Part shown: one piece after another, positions 47,101 to 56,045 of the stretch
Layout of the letters: the number at the start of each line of letters is the position of its first letter
Numbering within the stretch: the stretch's first letter is position 1
Assembly (NCBI GenBank): GCA_964449815.1
Contig: CAYVGC010000001.1
Coordinates: forward strand, 15,361-79,360
Source: an uncultured Bifidobacteriaceae bacterium
Lineage (GTDB): Bacteria; Verrucomicrobiota; Verrucomicrobiia; Limisphaerales; UBA11358
Reading direction: 5' to 3'
DNA length: 64,000 bases
Position numbers and translations under genes: made by a program
The notes under the pieces: model-generated
Database searches by the model: none
Seen by the model: only the letters and a program-made list of their open reading frames with translations
What the model was told of the DNA's origin: nothing

Positions 47101-47330
47101 TTGTTGACCGTTATCGTGAGGAGACGCTCATGCATGTAAGTGATGCGCTGCTCAAACTGCTGGGAATCAAGGCCGTCGTAGCGCCAGATAACGCTGATGA
47201 CCGGGATGTTGATGGCCGGGAAAATATCCGTCGGCGTCCGCAGCAAAATGAGCGGTGTCGACAACACGAGCAGCAGCGCGGCCACTACAAAGGTGTAAGG
47301 CCGGCGGAGAGCCAACAAAACAATCCACAT
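44142..47330 (-). CDS. RND efflux transporter permease (AcrB/CzcA superfamily)
   Basis: 1062 aa with 12-TM architecture. It opens MWIVLLALRRPYTFVVAALL and has conserved TM4 and TM10 regions. Confidence 0.95.
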   Translation of the reverse strand: MWIVLLALRRPYTFVVAALLLVLSTPLILLRTPTDIFPAINIPVISVIWRYDGLDSQQFEQRITYMHERLLTITVNNMEHVESTSYNGISIVKVFLQPGASVDAAVAQITASAQTVLHSMPPGMQPPLVIQYNASTVPILQYSFSSPKMSEQQLFDVTANQVRIGLATTRGSMIPWPYGGKTRVVAVDLSLPALKAKNLIAQDVVNAINAQNLILPSGTTKIGGTEYDVSVDSNPLLIDDLNRLPIKVVNGATIYLSDVAQVHDGFTPQQNAVRQDGVRGALLTVMKTGSASTLDVVRDIKAALPRIMATVTSDLHVQEFADQSLFVRAAISGVLREGAIAAALTALMILLFLGSWRSTIIIALSIPLSVLCSIAALSALGETINLMTLGGLALAVGILVDDATVAIENIHRHMAAGEKLEDAIIVGSQEIALPAFVSTLCICIVFVPMFFLTGVARFLFVPLAEAVVFAMLASYVLSRTLVPTLVMWFYRNVKLHGEHIDEAKVPVWLLPFVNFQRGFESSFDRFRNGYRALLKSCFEHRKPFAIFFLLFCVASWLLTEALGRDFFPAVDAGQFLLHMRARTGTRIEETERLADQINHAIRAEIPAREIAGILDNIGIPNSSINLSYNTSGVIGPADADILVQLKPGHAPTENYVRQLRERLSREFPGTTFYFLPADIVSQTLNFGLPAPFDVQIVGRDQAASRAVAVQLAVQIKKIPGATDVRVQQPDNWPQFRIFVDRSKAADLGLTEQNVANSVLLGLSGSSQVQPAYWIDPKFGVQYLINVRATEYAMDSVQQLNAMPVSPSLPGAGGANNAQILENLAGISRVNVAPVVSHYNVMPVIDVFGNVDGRDLGGVLGDLQPLVEKVKKDLPRGSSIVVRGQAETMRSSFLGLAVGLIGAIVLIYFLLVVNFQNWLDPFIIITALPAALAGVVWGLFLCQTTLSVPALMGAIMSMGVATANSVLVVTFARENLQRGLDPIAAALEAGVGRIRPVLMTALAMVIGMLPMSLGLGEGGEQNAPLGRAVIGGLVFATGATLFFVPIVFSFMHRHHQHTPVKTA

Positions 47331-47646
47331 ATTTAATTTTTATTTCCGGATTAAGGGGCCGGCCCGTCTGGCAATTCGATAAATTTCATAAGCCGACGGC
47401 GCAAACCGCCCACGCAGGTTCCGCGGCTGCATTTCAGCGGCGGGAAACCTGACGGGCGGGGTAATTTGCCCGATCCGGCCGACACCATGGATTTCAATGT
47501 CCCAGGCTTGGATTTGTCCAAGGCGAAATTTCCTGGCCACGACTCCGCCGCCTCAGCAGGTCATTATTTAAATCGGGCATAATCAACATTCAAATACCTA
47601 AAATAAACCAGGGGCCACGCCAAAAAACATGCCTCCGCCAGGAATG

Positions 47647-48711
47647 CTAGTTGTGTCTTTCATCGCGGCCTTTGTGGGCGTCAAAATCTCCACGCCCTTG
47701 AGGGCGGACGTCATGAATGTCCCGCTCGATTCTGACATCATGATGCGTCAAAGCCGCCATGTGGTCATGGCCCAAACCTTCCATCACAAAACGGCCATGA
47801 TCCATACGATAGCCGTTGGCAATCCGGCTGCCGCGGAACACCAGTTCCAGCCGGTCGTGCGGCAGCAAAAACGGACGATAATCATTATCCCAAAAGTGAT
47901 CATACGCCACGAATGTAAAGGCCTCAAATCCGAGGCCGAAGTCCATGTCCACCGCCACTTGCCCGTTAAAAAACAGGCCGACGCCAGCCGTGAAGGTGGC
48001 GGCAGGCGGCAAAGGGGCCCAGCCGCAGTAACCATCCGCCTCCCGCCAGCAAACCCAGGCTGGAGCGTAGTCATAACCCGGCACCCAGACCCAGCGCGCA
48101 TCCGCGCGGCACCACCGGCCATAATGGAAAACGATGTTGCCCCACGCATAATCTGATTGCCAGGACCAGCCGGCATCTGTGTAAATCCAATGGCCCTGGT
48201 TAAAATACGGACGCCAGGAAAGGTCGGTCACGGCCACCGCCGGTTGCCAGCACAGGCCGTAACCCGGCACTTGCATCCAATTTCCGTAGGGCGCGAGCTG
48301 GGCCTGGAAACTGTCCAGACTGACGGCCGGCGCGACAGAAGCAGGAACTTGAACCGCCGGCGGAGCCGGGGCCACTGCCAGCGGAGCGGCGGGCGCGGGA
48401 CTGGCGGCCGGGAGCGGAGCCGCGCTGCCGGACAGCAAGGCTCTGATCACCGGTTGTGAAACGCCTTGGCTTTTCAGCAGAATAATTTGGTCCGCTGTCA
48501 GGCTGTAGATGGCACCGTTGTTTTTTATCTGGTTGAGAATGATGTCATCCGAGATGCCCGCTTGCGCGAGCTTGACGACGTCTTGAACTCCGGGTGGAAG
48601 GGCCTGCGCGCGGCTGATATTTGCGCCTGCACCCAACAGCACCGCTGCAGCCATGCCTGCGGCCAGCGTGGAGACAGATTTCCGTGTAATGATTGGAAGG
48701 CATGTTTTCAT
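47647..48711 (-). CDS. Secreted protein with YXWGXW/DUF6600-like aromatic repeats
   Basis: Signal peptide, an N-terminal repeat (VVKLAQAGISDDIILNQIK / IILLKSQGVSQPVIRAL), then W/Y-rich repeats (YGNWMQVPGYGLCWQP, WSWQSDYAWGNIVFHYGRW, WVWVPGYDYAPAWVCW). Confidence 0.6.
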   Translation of the reverse strand: MKTCLPIITRKSVSTLAAGMAAAVLLGAGANISRAQALPPGVQDVVKLAQAGISDDIILNQIKNNGAIYSLTADQIILLKSQGVSQPVIRALLSGSAAPLPAASPAPAAPLAVAPAPPAVQVPASVAPAVSLDSFQAQLAPYGNWMQVPGYGLCWQPAVAVTDLSWRPYFNQGHWIYTDAGWSWQSDYAWGNIVFHYGRWCRADARWVWVPGYDYAPAWVCWREADGYCGWAPLPPAATFTAGVGLFFNGQVAVDMDFGLGFEAFTFVAYDHFWDNDYRPFLLPHDRLELVFRGSRIANGYRMDHGRFVMEGLGHDHMAALTHHDVRIERDIHDVRPQGRGDFDAHKGRDERHN

Positions 48712-48751
48712 AAGCTCAATGTTATTTATATTGATTTTTCTGCCAAGAATT

Positions 48752-50185
48752 TCAAGCCGCCTCGTCGTTTTCCGTTCCGGGATGAAAGCCGAACTGAACC
48801 AGCTTGGCCTTCATGGTGATGCGGGAAACGCCGAGCCAGCGCGCGGCCTTGGCCTGGTTGCCGTGCGCCAGTTCGATGGCGCGGCGGAACAATTCCCGCT
48901 CGGCGGATTCCAGAACACGCGCGTGAACCTCCGTCAATTCTCCGCGCTGCGCGGCGGCGAGCAGATCGCCGATAAATTCGCCCAGCGATTGGTTCGCGGA
49001 GCCGGCCTGGCCGGCGTCCTTGTTTAGAGCGGCGCGCACATGATCCGCGTTGATGGTGTAATCTTGGGCCAGCAGCAACGCTTTGCGGACGGCGTTTTCC
49101 AGTTCGCGCACGTTGCCGGGCCACGAGTGCGCCTGGAGAAATTCCAACGCCTCGGAATGAATGGACGGTTGCGCATTGCCGAGTTCCGCTCCGTATTTTC
49201 CCAAAAAATAACGGACAAGCTCGGGAATGTCTTCCTTGCGCTGGCGCAGCGGCGGCAAGATGAGCGCCACCACGTTCAGCCGGTAGAACAGGTCTTCGCG
49301 GAACAATTTCTGGCGGATGGCCGTTTCTAAATCGCAATGCGTGGCGGCCAGCACGCGCACGTCCACCGGAATAGTTTCGTGGCCGCCGAGCCGCTGCAAA
49401 GTTTTTTCCTGCAGCACGCGCAGTAGTTTTACCTGCGTGCCGAGCGTGATGTCGCCGATCTCGTCGAGAAAAATGGTGCCGTGGCCGGCCTGTTCAAACC
49501 GGCCAATCCGCTGCGCCGTCGCGCCGGTGAACGCGCCGCGTTCGTGGCCGAACAATTCGCTTTCCAACAAGGTCTCCGGAATCGCCGCGCAGTTGATCGC
49601 GACGAACGGCGCGTCGGCCCGCTCGCTGTGCTGGTAGATCGCGCGCGCAATCAACTCCTTGCCGGTGCCGGTTTCGCCGCGGATGAGCACGTTCACCGGC
49701 TTGCCGGCAATGCGGCCGATTTCTTTGTAAAGCGCCTGCATGGCCGCACCCTGGCCGACAATCGCGTCGCGCGCCGCGCCGGGTTCGCCCAGGGTGACCG
49801 GTTCGGACATCAGGCGGTTGCTGTCCACGGCGCGGCGGATCAGGTCGAGCAGTTGCGGGATTTCAAACGGCTTGAGCAGATAATCGTAAGCGCCAAATTT
49901 TGTCGCCTCAATCGCGGTTTGCGTGGTGCCAAACGCCGTGATGAGAATAATCGGCAGCCGCGACCGCGCGGCGTGCAGCCGGCGCACCAGCTCCAGCCCG
50001 TTCAAGCCGGGCAATTTCAAATCCGTGATGACGGCGTTGAAAGAGTCTTTGGCGGCGCGGGCCAGCCCGTCATCACCGCGCTTTTCCACGGTGACTTCGT
50101 AGCCTTCGTCGGCCAGCACGCGATGCAGGGTGTCGGTGATTCCGGCATCATCGTCAATCAGCAAAATTTTGGCGGCGGTGCTCAT
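48752..50185 (-). CDS. Sigma-54-dependent response regulator (NtrC family)
   Basis: REC domain (LLIDDD...D...K), AAA+ domain (GETGTGKE, GAFTGA, ESELFGHE), and a C-terminal Fis-type HTH. Confidence 0.92.
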   Translation of the reverse strand: MSTAAKILLIDDDAGITDTLHRVLADEGYEVTVEKRGDDGLARAAKDSFNAVITDLKLPGLNGLELVRRLHAARSRLPIILITAFGTTQTAIEATKFGAYDYLLKPFEIPQLLDLIRRAVDSNRLMSEPVTLGEPGAARDAIVGQGAAMQALYKEIGRIAGKPVNVLIRGETGTGKELIARAIYQHSERADAPFVAINCAAIPETLLESELFGHERGAFTGATAQRIGRFEQAGHGTIFLDEIGDITLGTQVKLLRVLQEKTLQRLGGHETIPVDVRVLAATHCDLETAIRQKLFREDLFYRLNVVALILPPLRQRKEDIPELVRYFLGKYGAELGNAQPSIHSEALEFLQAHSWPGNVRELENAVRKALLLAQDYTINADHVRAALNKDAGQAGSANQSLGEFIGDLLAAAQRGELTEVHARVLESAERELFRRAIELAHGNQAKAARWLGVSRITMKAKLVQFGFHPGTENDEAA

Positions 50186-51543
50186 TCGGTCATTTGCGGC
50201 AGCACGATACCAAAAGTGGTGCCATGGTTCACGCGCGTTTGATACTCCAGCACGCCGCCATGCTTTTGCACAATCCGCGCAGCGATGGACAAGCCCAGGC
50301 CGGTGCCGTTTTCCTTGGTGGTGAAAAACGGATCGAACAGTCTTTTCTCCGCCTCGGCGGAAATGCCCCTGCCCGTGTCCGTGACTTCGAGAATCACGGC
50401 GTTTTTTTCGCCGCCCGGCAACGCTCTTTTTGTCTGGCTCGCCCGCAAGGTGATGGTGCCGTCGCGGCCAATGCTGTCGGCGGCGTTTTTCACCAGATTG
50501 ATCAGCACCTGTTTGATTTGCGCCGGGTCCACTTTGACGCGCAAGGGCGCCGACGCCTCCTGGTTCACCCGGATGTTTTTGTCGGCCAGTTGCGGTTCAA
50601 GCAGAAGTTTTGCCTCCATCAACAGCAGGTCGGCGGCGATGACGGTGAGTTCCGGTTCGGCCGGCCGGGCAAACTTGAGAAAATCATCCACGATCCGTTC
50701 GAGACGCAGAATTTCGCGCTCCACCACCCTGGCATCGGCCAGTTCCGGCGAGCCGGCCGGGAATTTTTTTTGCTGGGTGAACAGCGCGGCTTTGACGGCG
50801 GTGAGCGGATTGCGGATTTCGTGCGCCAAACCGGCGGCAAGCAAGCCGAGCGCGGCGAGTTTTTCATTTTGCTCCACCCTCGCCTGGGTCGCCATCAGCT
50901 TGCTGCGCAACGGCGCAATCATGTCGCGATAAACCATCGCCGCCAGCGCGAGGCCAAACAAGAACAACAGCGCCAGCGCGCCAAACACGGACAGCCGGAG
51001 CTGCGTGAGGGTCTGGTGCGCTTCCGCGAGCAGTTGTTTTTTCAATTCCAAATGCGCCTGCGACAGTTCCTGTCCCAGATCAAACAACCGCCGGCGCGTC
51101 TGGCTCAACGTGTCGGTCAAATCAGCGGGCAGACTTGCATTCGCGCCGGGCGCCTCAACTTTTTCCTGCCATTCGCCGGCAGCCCGGGAGTAATCCGCCA
51201 GGGCCGAATTCATCTGTTTCAAAATCTCTTTTTCGCGCGGCGTGTCCGGCTTGCCGGCCTGGCCTTGAATCCACGCCTCAAGCTCACTGCTGGCCTTGAG
51301 ATAATCCTGCCAGACGGCCGGCTCGCGCGTGTTACGGTAACGCGTCAGCTTGTCGCTCACGTCGCGGAGCATGTCCTTGAAATGCTCGGCCAGACCAAAA
51401 CTTTCAGCGTCCACCTGGTTTAGTTTGAGGCGCAAATCCGCGCCTTGTCGCTGGGAATTCAGAGTCACCAAAACGATCAACGCTCCCATCAGCGCCGCCG
51501 CCAGCCCCAGGAGCGCCAGCCGCCATTTGATTGCGGAATACAT
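50182..51543 (-). CDS. Sensor histidine kinase (periplasmic helical sensor, HisKA, HATPase_c)
   Basis: Two TMs flank a helical sensor of about 170 aa. H-box LAHEIRNPL and N/G boxes (NLVKNAADS, DTGRGI, GTGLGLS). ATGA overlap with the regulator gene. Confidence 0.88.
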   Translation of the reverse strand: MYSAIKWRLALLGLAAALMGALIVLVTLNSQRQGADLRLKLNQVDAESFGLAEHFKDMLRDVSDKLTRYRNTREPAVWQDYLKASSELEAWIQGQAGKPDTPREKEILKQMNSALADYSRAAGEWQEKVEAPGANASLPADLTDTLSQTRRRLFDLGQELSQAHLELKKQLLAEAHQTLTQLRLSVFGALALLFLFGLALAAMVYRDMIAPLRSKLMATQARVEQNEKLAALGLLAAGLAHEIRNPLTAVKAALFTQQKKFPAGSPELADARVVEREILRLERIVDDFLKFARPAEPELTVIAADLLLMEAKLLLEPQLADKNIRVNQEASAPLRVKVDPAQIKQVLINLVKNAADSIGRDGTITLRASQTKRALPGGEKNAVILEVTDTGRGISAEAEKRLFDPFFTTKENGTGLGLSIAARIVQKHGGVLEYQTRVNHGTTFGIVLPQMTE

Positions 51544-51663
51544 AAAACGGTGGTTCAGCTTAGGCGGGAAACGCCCGGCCGCGAGCACCAACCCGGAGGC
51601 GGTTCGCGATTGTCTGCCCGCCGGAAACCCGGGTTGCGGCTGAACTTATCACAAACCTCATTT

Positions 51664-51680
51664 TGCATTTGCCGTGCCAA
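51664..51680 (-). promoter_or_regulatory. Near-consensus sigma-54 (-24/-12) promoter upstream of the kinase/NtrC operon
   Basis: The minus strand reads TTGGCACGGCAAATGCA against the consensus TGGCACG-N4-TTGCW. The GG and GC are correctly spaced and the only mismatch is A for the first T of TTGC. Confidence 0.55.
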
Positions 51681-52110
51681 CCGGGCCCGGGCCGGGGAAT
51701 TTGCGCAAATGGTTTGCCGAGGCGTCTGCCAGCCGCCTGATTGCAGCGGTCGGGCCGGAAACGCTGTCCCATGCGGCCAGGCTTTGAATCAAGCCTCCCG
51801 GCGGGCGCAGCAAAAATAGTTTGCTGGCCGGCAAAGTCATTAAGCTGTCCACGGTATTTTCGCCGCCGCCAGACCGGGAATCCAGCGCAAAGGATCCAAA
51901 ACATCTTGACGCAAAAATTACCGCCCGGCAAAAACTGAGGGAAAATCAAAATGGACTGTGAAACGCAGGGCTGGTGTTTACTTGCCGGCCTCAACGTCAC
52001 TCGGATCAAGAAACCGGGCGGAGGCGAGCCGGTCGGGGCACCTGCCAGATAATCAGCTAATAGAATTTTTATGATAAATCATTCTGCTTTGTCGGATCTT
52101 CCTCACCGGT

Positions 52111-53091
52111 TCACGGCACGGGCACGGCGTTGAATACCTTTTTGATGATGGCATCCGTCGTCACCGCCTGCGCCTCGGCCTCGTAGGTGAGGATGATCCG
52201 GTGGCGCAGCACGTCCGGGCCGATGCTTTTCACGTCTTCGGGAATCACATAGTCGCGGCCTTGCAGCAGCGCCCAGGCCTTCGCGGCGAGTGTGAGAAAA
52301 ATCGTCGCGCGCGGCGACGCGCCGAACTGGATGAAATGTTTCACGTCCAGCTTGAAATCCTGTGGCTTGCGTGTGGCAAAAACAATTTTCACGATGTAAT
52401 CGCGGATTTTTTCATCCACATGGATTTGGTCCACCAGCTTGCGCGTCTCCAAAATTTCCTCGAGCGAGACGACGGGCTTGACCGGCGTTTCCGGGCTGGT
52501 GAACGCCATGCGATCCAGAATTTTCCGCTCCTCCGCCTCGTTCGGATAATCGAGGATCACCTTGAACATGAAGCGGTCCACCTGCGCTTCGGGCAATGGA
52601 TACGTGCCTTCCTGGTCAATCGGGTTTTCCGTGGCGAGCACGAGGAACGGCGACGGCAGTTTCATCGTTTCGCCGCCGAGCGTGACCTGCCGCTCCTGCA
52701 TTGCTTCAAGCAAGGCGCTTTGGACTTTCGCCGGGGCGCGGTTGATTTCGTCGGCCAAAACAAAGTTCGCAAAGATCGGGCCGCGCGTGGCATGATATTT
52801 TCCATCCTGCGGATTGTAAATCAGCGTGCCGACGATGTCCGCCGGCAGCAGATCGGGCGTGAACTGGATGCGGTGAAAATTCGCCCGCACCGCCGCTGCG
52901 AGCGTGCGGGCGGAAAGTGTTTTGGCGAGGCCGGGCACGCCTTCGAGCAGGACATGGCCGTTCGCCAGCAGGCCGACGAGCAGCCGGTCCACGAGCGGTT
53001 CCTGGCCGACGATGACGTGGGCGATTTCTTCGCGCAGCTTGCCAATCCAAACGGACGTGGCCGCGACTTGATCTTTCAACGAAGCGTTCAT
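52111..53091 (-). CDS. MoxR-family AAA+ ATPase
   Basis: VGQEPLVDRLLVGLLANGHVLLEGVPGLAKT, ADEINRAPAKVQSALLEAMQE and ATENPIDQEGTYPLPEAQVDRF. Confidence 0.9.
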   Translation of the reverse strand: MNASLKDQVAATSVWIGKLREEIAHVIVGQEPLVDRLLVGLLANGHVLLEGVPGLAKTLSARTLAAAVRANFHRIQFTPDLLPADIVGTLIYNPQDGKYHATRGPIFANFVLADEINRAPAKVQSALLEAMQERQVTLGGETMKLPSPFLVLATENPIDQEGTYPLPEAQVDRFMFKVILDYPNEAEERKILDRMAFTSPETPVKPVVSLEEILETRKLVDQIHVDEKIRDYIVKIVFATRKPQDFKLDVKHFIQFGASPRATIFLTLAAKAWALLQGRDYVIPEDVKSIGPDVLRHRIILTYEAEAQAVTTDAIIKKVFNAVPVP

Positions 53092-53249
53092 GCAGCGGGA
53101 ATTTATGTCGCGCCGCACGGCGACTCAAGCGCCGGGTTGAAAATTCATCATGGTCAGGCCGGGGAAGGCGGTTTGCGCCGGATCATTTTCCGCTTTTCCT
53201 AAACGGCAGGAACGGCGAGACTGCCGGGACATATCCATTTTTGACTTTT

Positions 53250-54134
53250 ATGAAAAGTGGCCCGACCACCGCCGGCCGCAGCAGCACGCCGGATTTTTTT
53301 TCGACCCAGGTGTCGCAGGCGCGGCGTTTTTATCTGAACCTGAAGCCGTCACCCAAGGCAAAGCTGCAGGTGGTCTGCGGCGGCGTGGAGCATTGCGCGT
53401 CCGATTACGCCATCCGCCGCGCGTCGTTCCCGTTTTATTCGATTGAATTTGTGGTCCAAGGCGGCGGTCGGTTGAAGTTGAACCGCGCGGAATTTGAACT
53501 GCAACCCGGCAGCGTTTTTTCCTACGGTCCAGGCGTTGCGCAGGAAATCCTCAACAGCCCGCGCCAGCCGCTGGTGAAGTATTTTGTGGATTTCGCCGGC
53601 ACCGGCGCAGCCCGTCTGCTGGCCGGCTGCCGGCTTTGCAGCGGCACCGTGGCGCAGGTTTTTCCGCCGACGGAAATCCAGCCCCTGTTTGACGAACTCA
53701 TCCGCAACGGTCTGCGCGGCACCCACCAGACGCCGGAAATCTGTGTCCGGCTGCTGGAGGGCCTGATGTTGAAGATTCTGGATGCGCGCGCGCCGCTGCC
53801 CGGCCACGAAACGCTGGCGTTTGCCACCTACCAGCAGTGCCGGAATTTCATCGGCCAGCATTTCCTCCGGCTGCGCTCGCTGGACCAGGTGGCGCGCGAA
53901 TGTCATCTGGATGTGGCCTATCTTTGCCGGCTGTTCCAGCAATATGACCACCAGACGCCCTACCGGCTGTTGCTGCGCCTGAAAATAAATTTTGCCGCCG
54001 AGCAGTTGCAGTTGCCCGGGGCCATGGTCAAACAAGTCGCCGAGCTGGCGGGCTTTGCCAACCCGTTTCATTTTTCGCGGGTGTTCAAATCCGTCCTGGG
54101 ACTTTCCCCGCGCGCTTTGGTCAAGCTCCGGTGA
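53250..54134 (+). CDS. AraC-family transcriptional regulator
   Basis: N-terminal cupin-like sensing domain and a C-terminal double HTH (VARECHLDVAYLCRLF...VAELAGFANPFHFSRVFK). Confidence 0.85.
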   Translation: MKSGPTTAGRSSTPDFFSTQVSQARRFYLNLKPSPKAKLQVVCGGVEHCASDYAIRRASFPFYSIEFVVQGGGRLKLNRAEFELQPGSVFSYGPGVAQEILNSPRQPLVKYFVDFAGTGAARLLAGCRLCSGTVAQVFPPTEIQPLFDELIRNGLRGTHQTPEICVRLLEGLMLKILDARAPLPGHETLAFATYQQCRNFIGQHFLRLRSLDQVARECHLDVAYLCRLFQQYDHQTPYRLLLRLKINFAAEQLQLPGAMVKQVAELAGFANPFHFSRVFKSVLGLSPRALVKLR

Positions 54135-54139
54135 GACTT

Positions 54140-54592
54140 TCAGTTGGTCTGCTGGATGCGGCTGCGATCCAGTTTTTTGAACGCCAGGGTGTCCAGCGAA
54201 AACAATCCGCCGCCCGCGATCACCAGCACCACGAAGCCCGCGAGATAAAGAAACGCCAGCTCGCCGCTGCCCTGCCCGGTCAACGCCGTTTTATGCACCA
54301 TCAAAAACGCGACGAACATGTCAATCACCAGCACCGCCGCCGCCAGCCGCGTCACCAGGCCGACCGTCAACAGCAATGCCCCGACCACTTCGGCCAGAAT
54401 CACCATGATCAGGCTCGCCTCCCGGCCAAACCCCAGCGGGTCCTGGAAACTGCCCACGATGTCGTTGAAATGCGCCAGCTTGTCAAAGCCGTGGTTGAAC
54501 AGCATCGTGAGGCCGAACCACAACCGCGCCACCAGCAGCGCCATGTTGGTGAGATCCGAATCATTCGAGGGAACAAATATTTTTTTGAACAT
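54140..54592 (-). CDS. DoxX-family membrane protein
   Basis: Four TM helices with LVARLWFGLTMLFNHGFDK typical of DoxX. Confidence 0.85.
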   Translation of the reverse strand: MFKKIFVPSNDSDLTNMALLVARLWFGLTMLFNHGFDKLAHFNDIVGSFQDPLGFGREASLIMVILAEVVGALLLTVGLVTRLAAAVLVIDMFVAFLMVHKTALTGQGSGELAFLYLAGFVVLVIAGGGLFSLDTLAFKKLDRSRIQQTN

Positions 54593-54694
54593 GAAATCAC
54601 ATTAGCAGAAGCGCTTTTATTTTCCAATCAAAAAATTAATGCTTCTGCCGCGATTTTTCACCACAGCAGAAGTCAAAACCAGTTCAAGCCGCGG

Positions 54695-55342
54695 TCAAAT
54701 CACACGCACCAAATCGGCGGTTTGATAACGGACTTTGGCCAGACGGGCGTATTTGTCGCCGGCGGCGCGATAGCCGAGCGCGCAGGCCACGACCGTTTTG
54801 TAACCGCTGCCTTCGAGTTTCAAAATCTGGTCGTATTCGGCGGGCGCCAAACCTTCCATCGGACAGGCGTCCACGCCGAGCACGGCGGCGGCGGTCATCA
54901 GATTGCCCAGGGCGATATAAGCCTGCCGCGCCGCCCATTCATGCGCGGTTTTTCCACGCGGACCGTTCACCACGTCACCCAGCATCATGCCGCGATAGGC
55001 ATTGAGCGCGTCGGCGGGCAGCTTGCGAAGCTCCCCCGTGCGTTTGATGAGTTTGTCCACGTCCGCCTCCTTCATTTCCGTCCGCGCCGTGAACACGACG
55101 AAATGCGAACAGTCCACCACCTGTTTCTGCCCCCACGAATGCGGCAGCAGCGCCGCGCGTTTCGCCGCGTCCTGCACGATCAGAAATTGATACGGCTGCA
55201 GGCCGTAACTCGTTGGCGTCAGCACCAGCGTTTTTTCCAGCGCGGCCCACATGTCGGCGGGAATTATTTTGGTCGCGTCAAAAACTTTGGTGGCGTAACG
55301 CCATTCCAGTGCTTTCAGCAGTTCAGTAATTTGATTGCTCAT
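54695..55342 (-). CDS. Nitroreductase-family NAD(P)H oxidoreductase
   Basis: ALEWRYATKVF, TPTSYGLQPYQF and a fold-typical C-terminus. Confidence 0.85.
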   Translation of the reverse strand: MSNQITELLKALEWRYATKVFDATKIIPADMWAALEKTLVLTPTSYGLQPYQFLIVQDAAKRAALLPHSWGQKQVVDCSHFVVFTARTEMKEADVDKLIKRTGELRKLPADALNAYRGMMLGDVVNGPRGKTAHEWAARQAYIALGNLMTAAAVLGVDACPMEGLAPAEYDQILKLEGSGYKTVVACALGYRAAGDKYARLAKVRYQTADLVRVI

Positions 55343-55433
55343 AATTTATAAAAACTGTCCGCGCAAATTGACATGGCCCGGCGGAAATGCAAATTTTTCT
55401 TCTCGCCGGGAAAATTTATTCCAGAATCAGGCC

Positions 55434-56045
55434 ATGTCCCAACTGCACATCCGCCGCGCTACTGTGGATGACCTGCCCGCGCTCAAGGCGCTGTGGCTTG
55501 CGGCGAACCTGCCGGTGGACGAACTCGAAAGTCGGCTCACGGAATTTCAAGTCGTCGAGGCCGGCGGTGTTTTTGCCGGCGCGCTGGCATTGCAAATCCT
55601 GCGGCAGCACGCCCGGCTGCACTCCGAGGACTACGCGGATTTTTCCGTCGCCGACGCCGCGCGCGCGTTGTTTTGGGACCGCATCCAGAACCTGGCCGCC
55701 AACCACGGCGTCTTTCGCATTTGGACGCAGGAAACCTCGCCGTTCTGGACGCGCTGGGGATTTCAGCCGGCAAAGACGGAAATCCTTGCCCGCCTGCCGG
55801 ACGAATGGAAAAAACTCGAAGGCCGCTGGCTGACGCTGGAATTGAAAAACGAGGACGCCATCAATGACGCGCTGAAAAATAAATTCGTCAGTTTCATGGA
55901 GGTCGAGAAAAAACAGACTGCGCAAATTGCCAGCCGGGCGCGTCAGATCAGAACGCTGTTCACCATCATTTTTTTCGCGATCGGCCTCATCTGCTTTGCC
56001 TTCGCCGTCTGGCTGCTGCTACGTCATCCGCCAACCGCCCGCTGA
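55434..56045 (+). CDS. GNAT-family N-acetyltransferase with a C-terminal TM helix
   Basis: IRRATVDDLPALKALW opening, a GNAT core, and a terminal hydrophobic segment (LFTIIFFAIGLICFAFAVWLLL). The 3' end overlaps the convergent lipA by about 27 nt. Confidence 0.7.
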   Translation: MSQLHIRRATVDDLPALKALWLAANLPVDELESRLTEFQVVEAGGVFAGALALQILRQHARLHSEDYADFSVADAARALFWDRIQNLAANHGVFRIWTQETSPFWTRWGFQPAKTEILARLPDEWKKLEGRWLTLELKNEDAINDALKNKFVSFMEVEKKQTAQIASRARQIRTLFTIIFFAIGLICFAFAVWLLLRHPPTAR

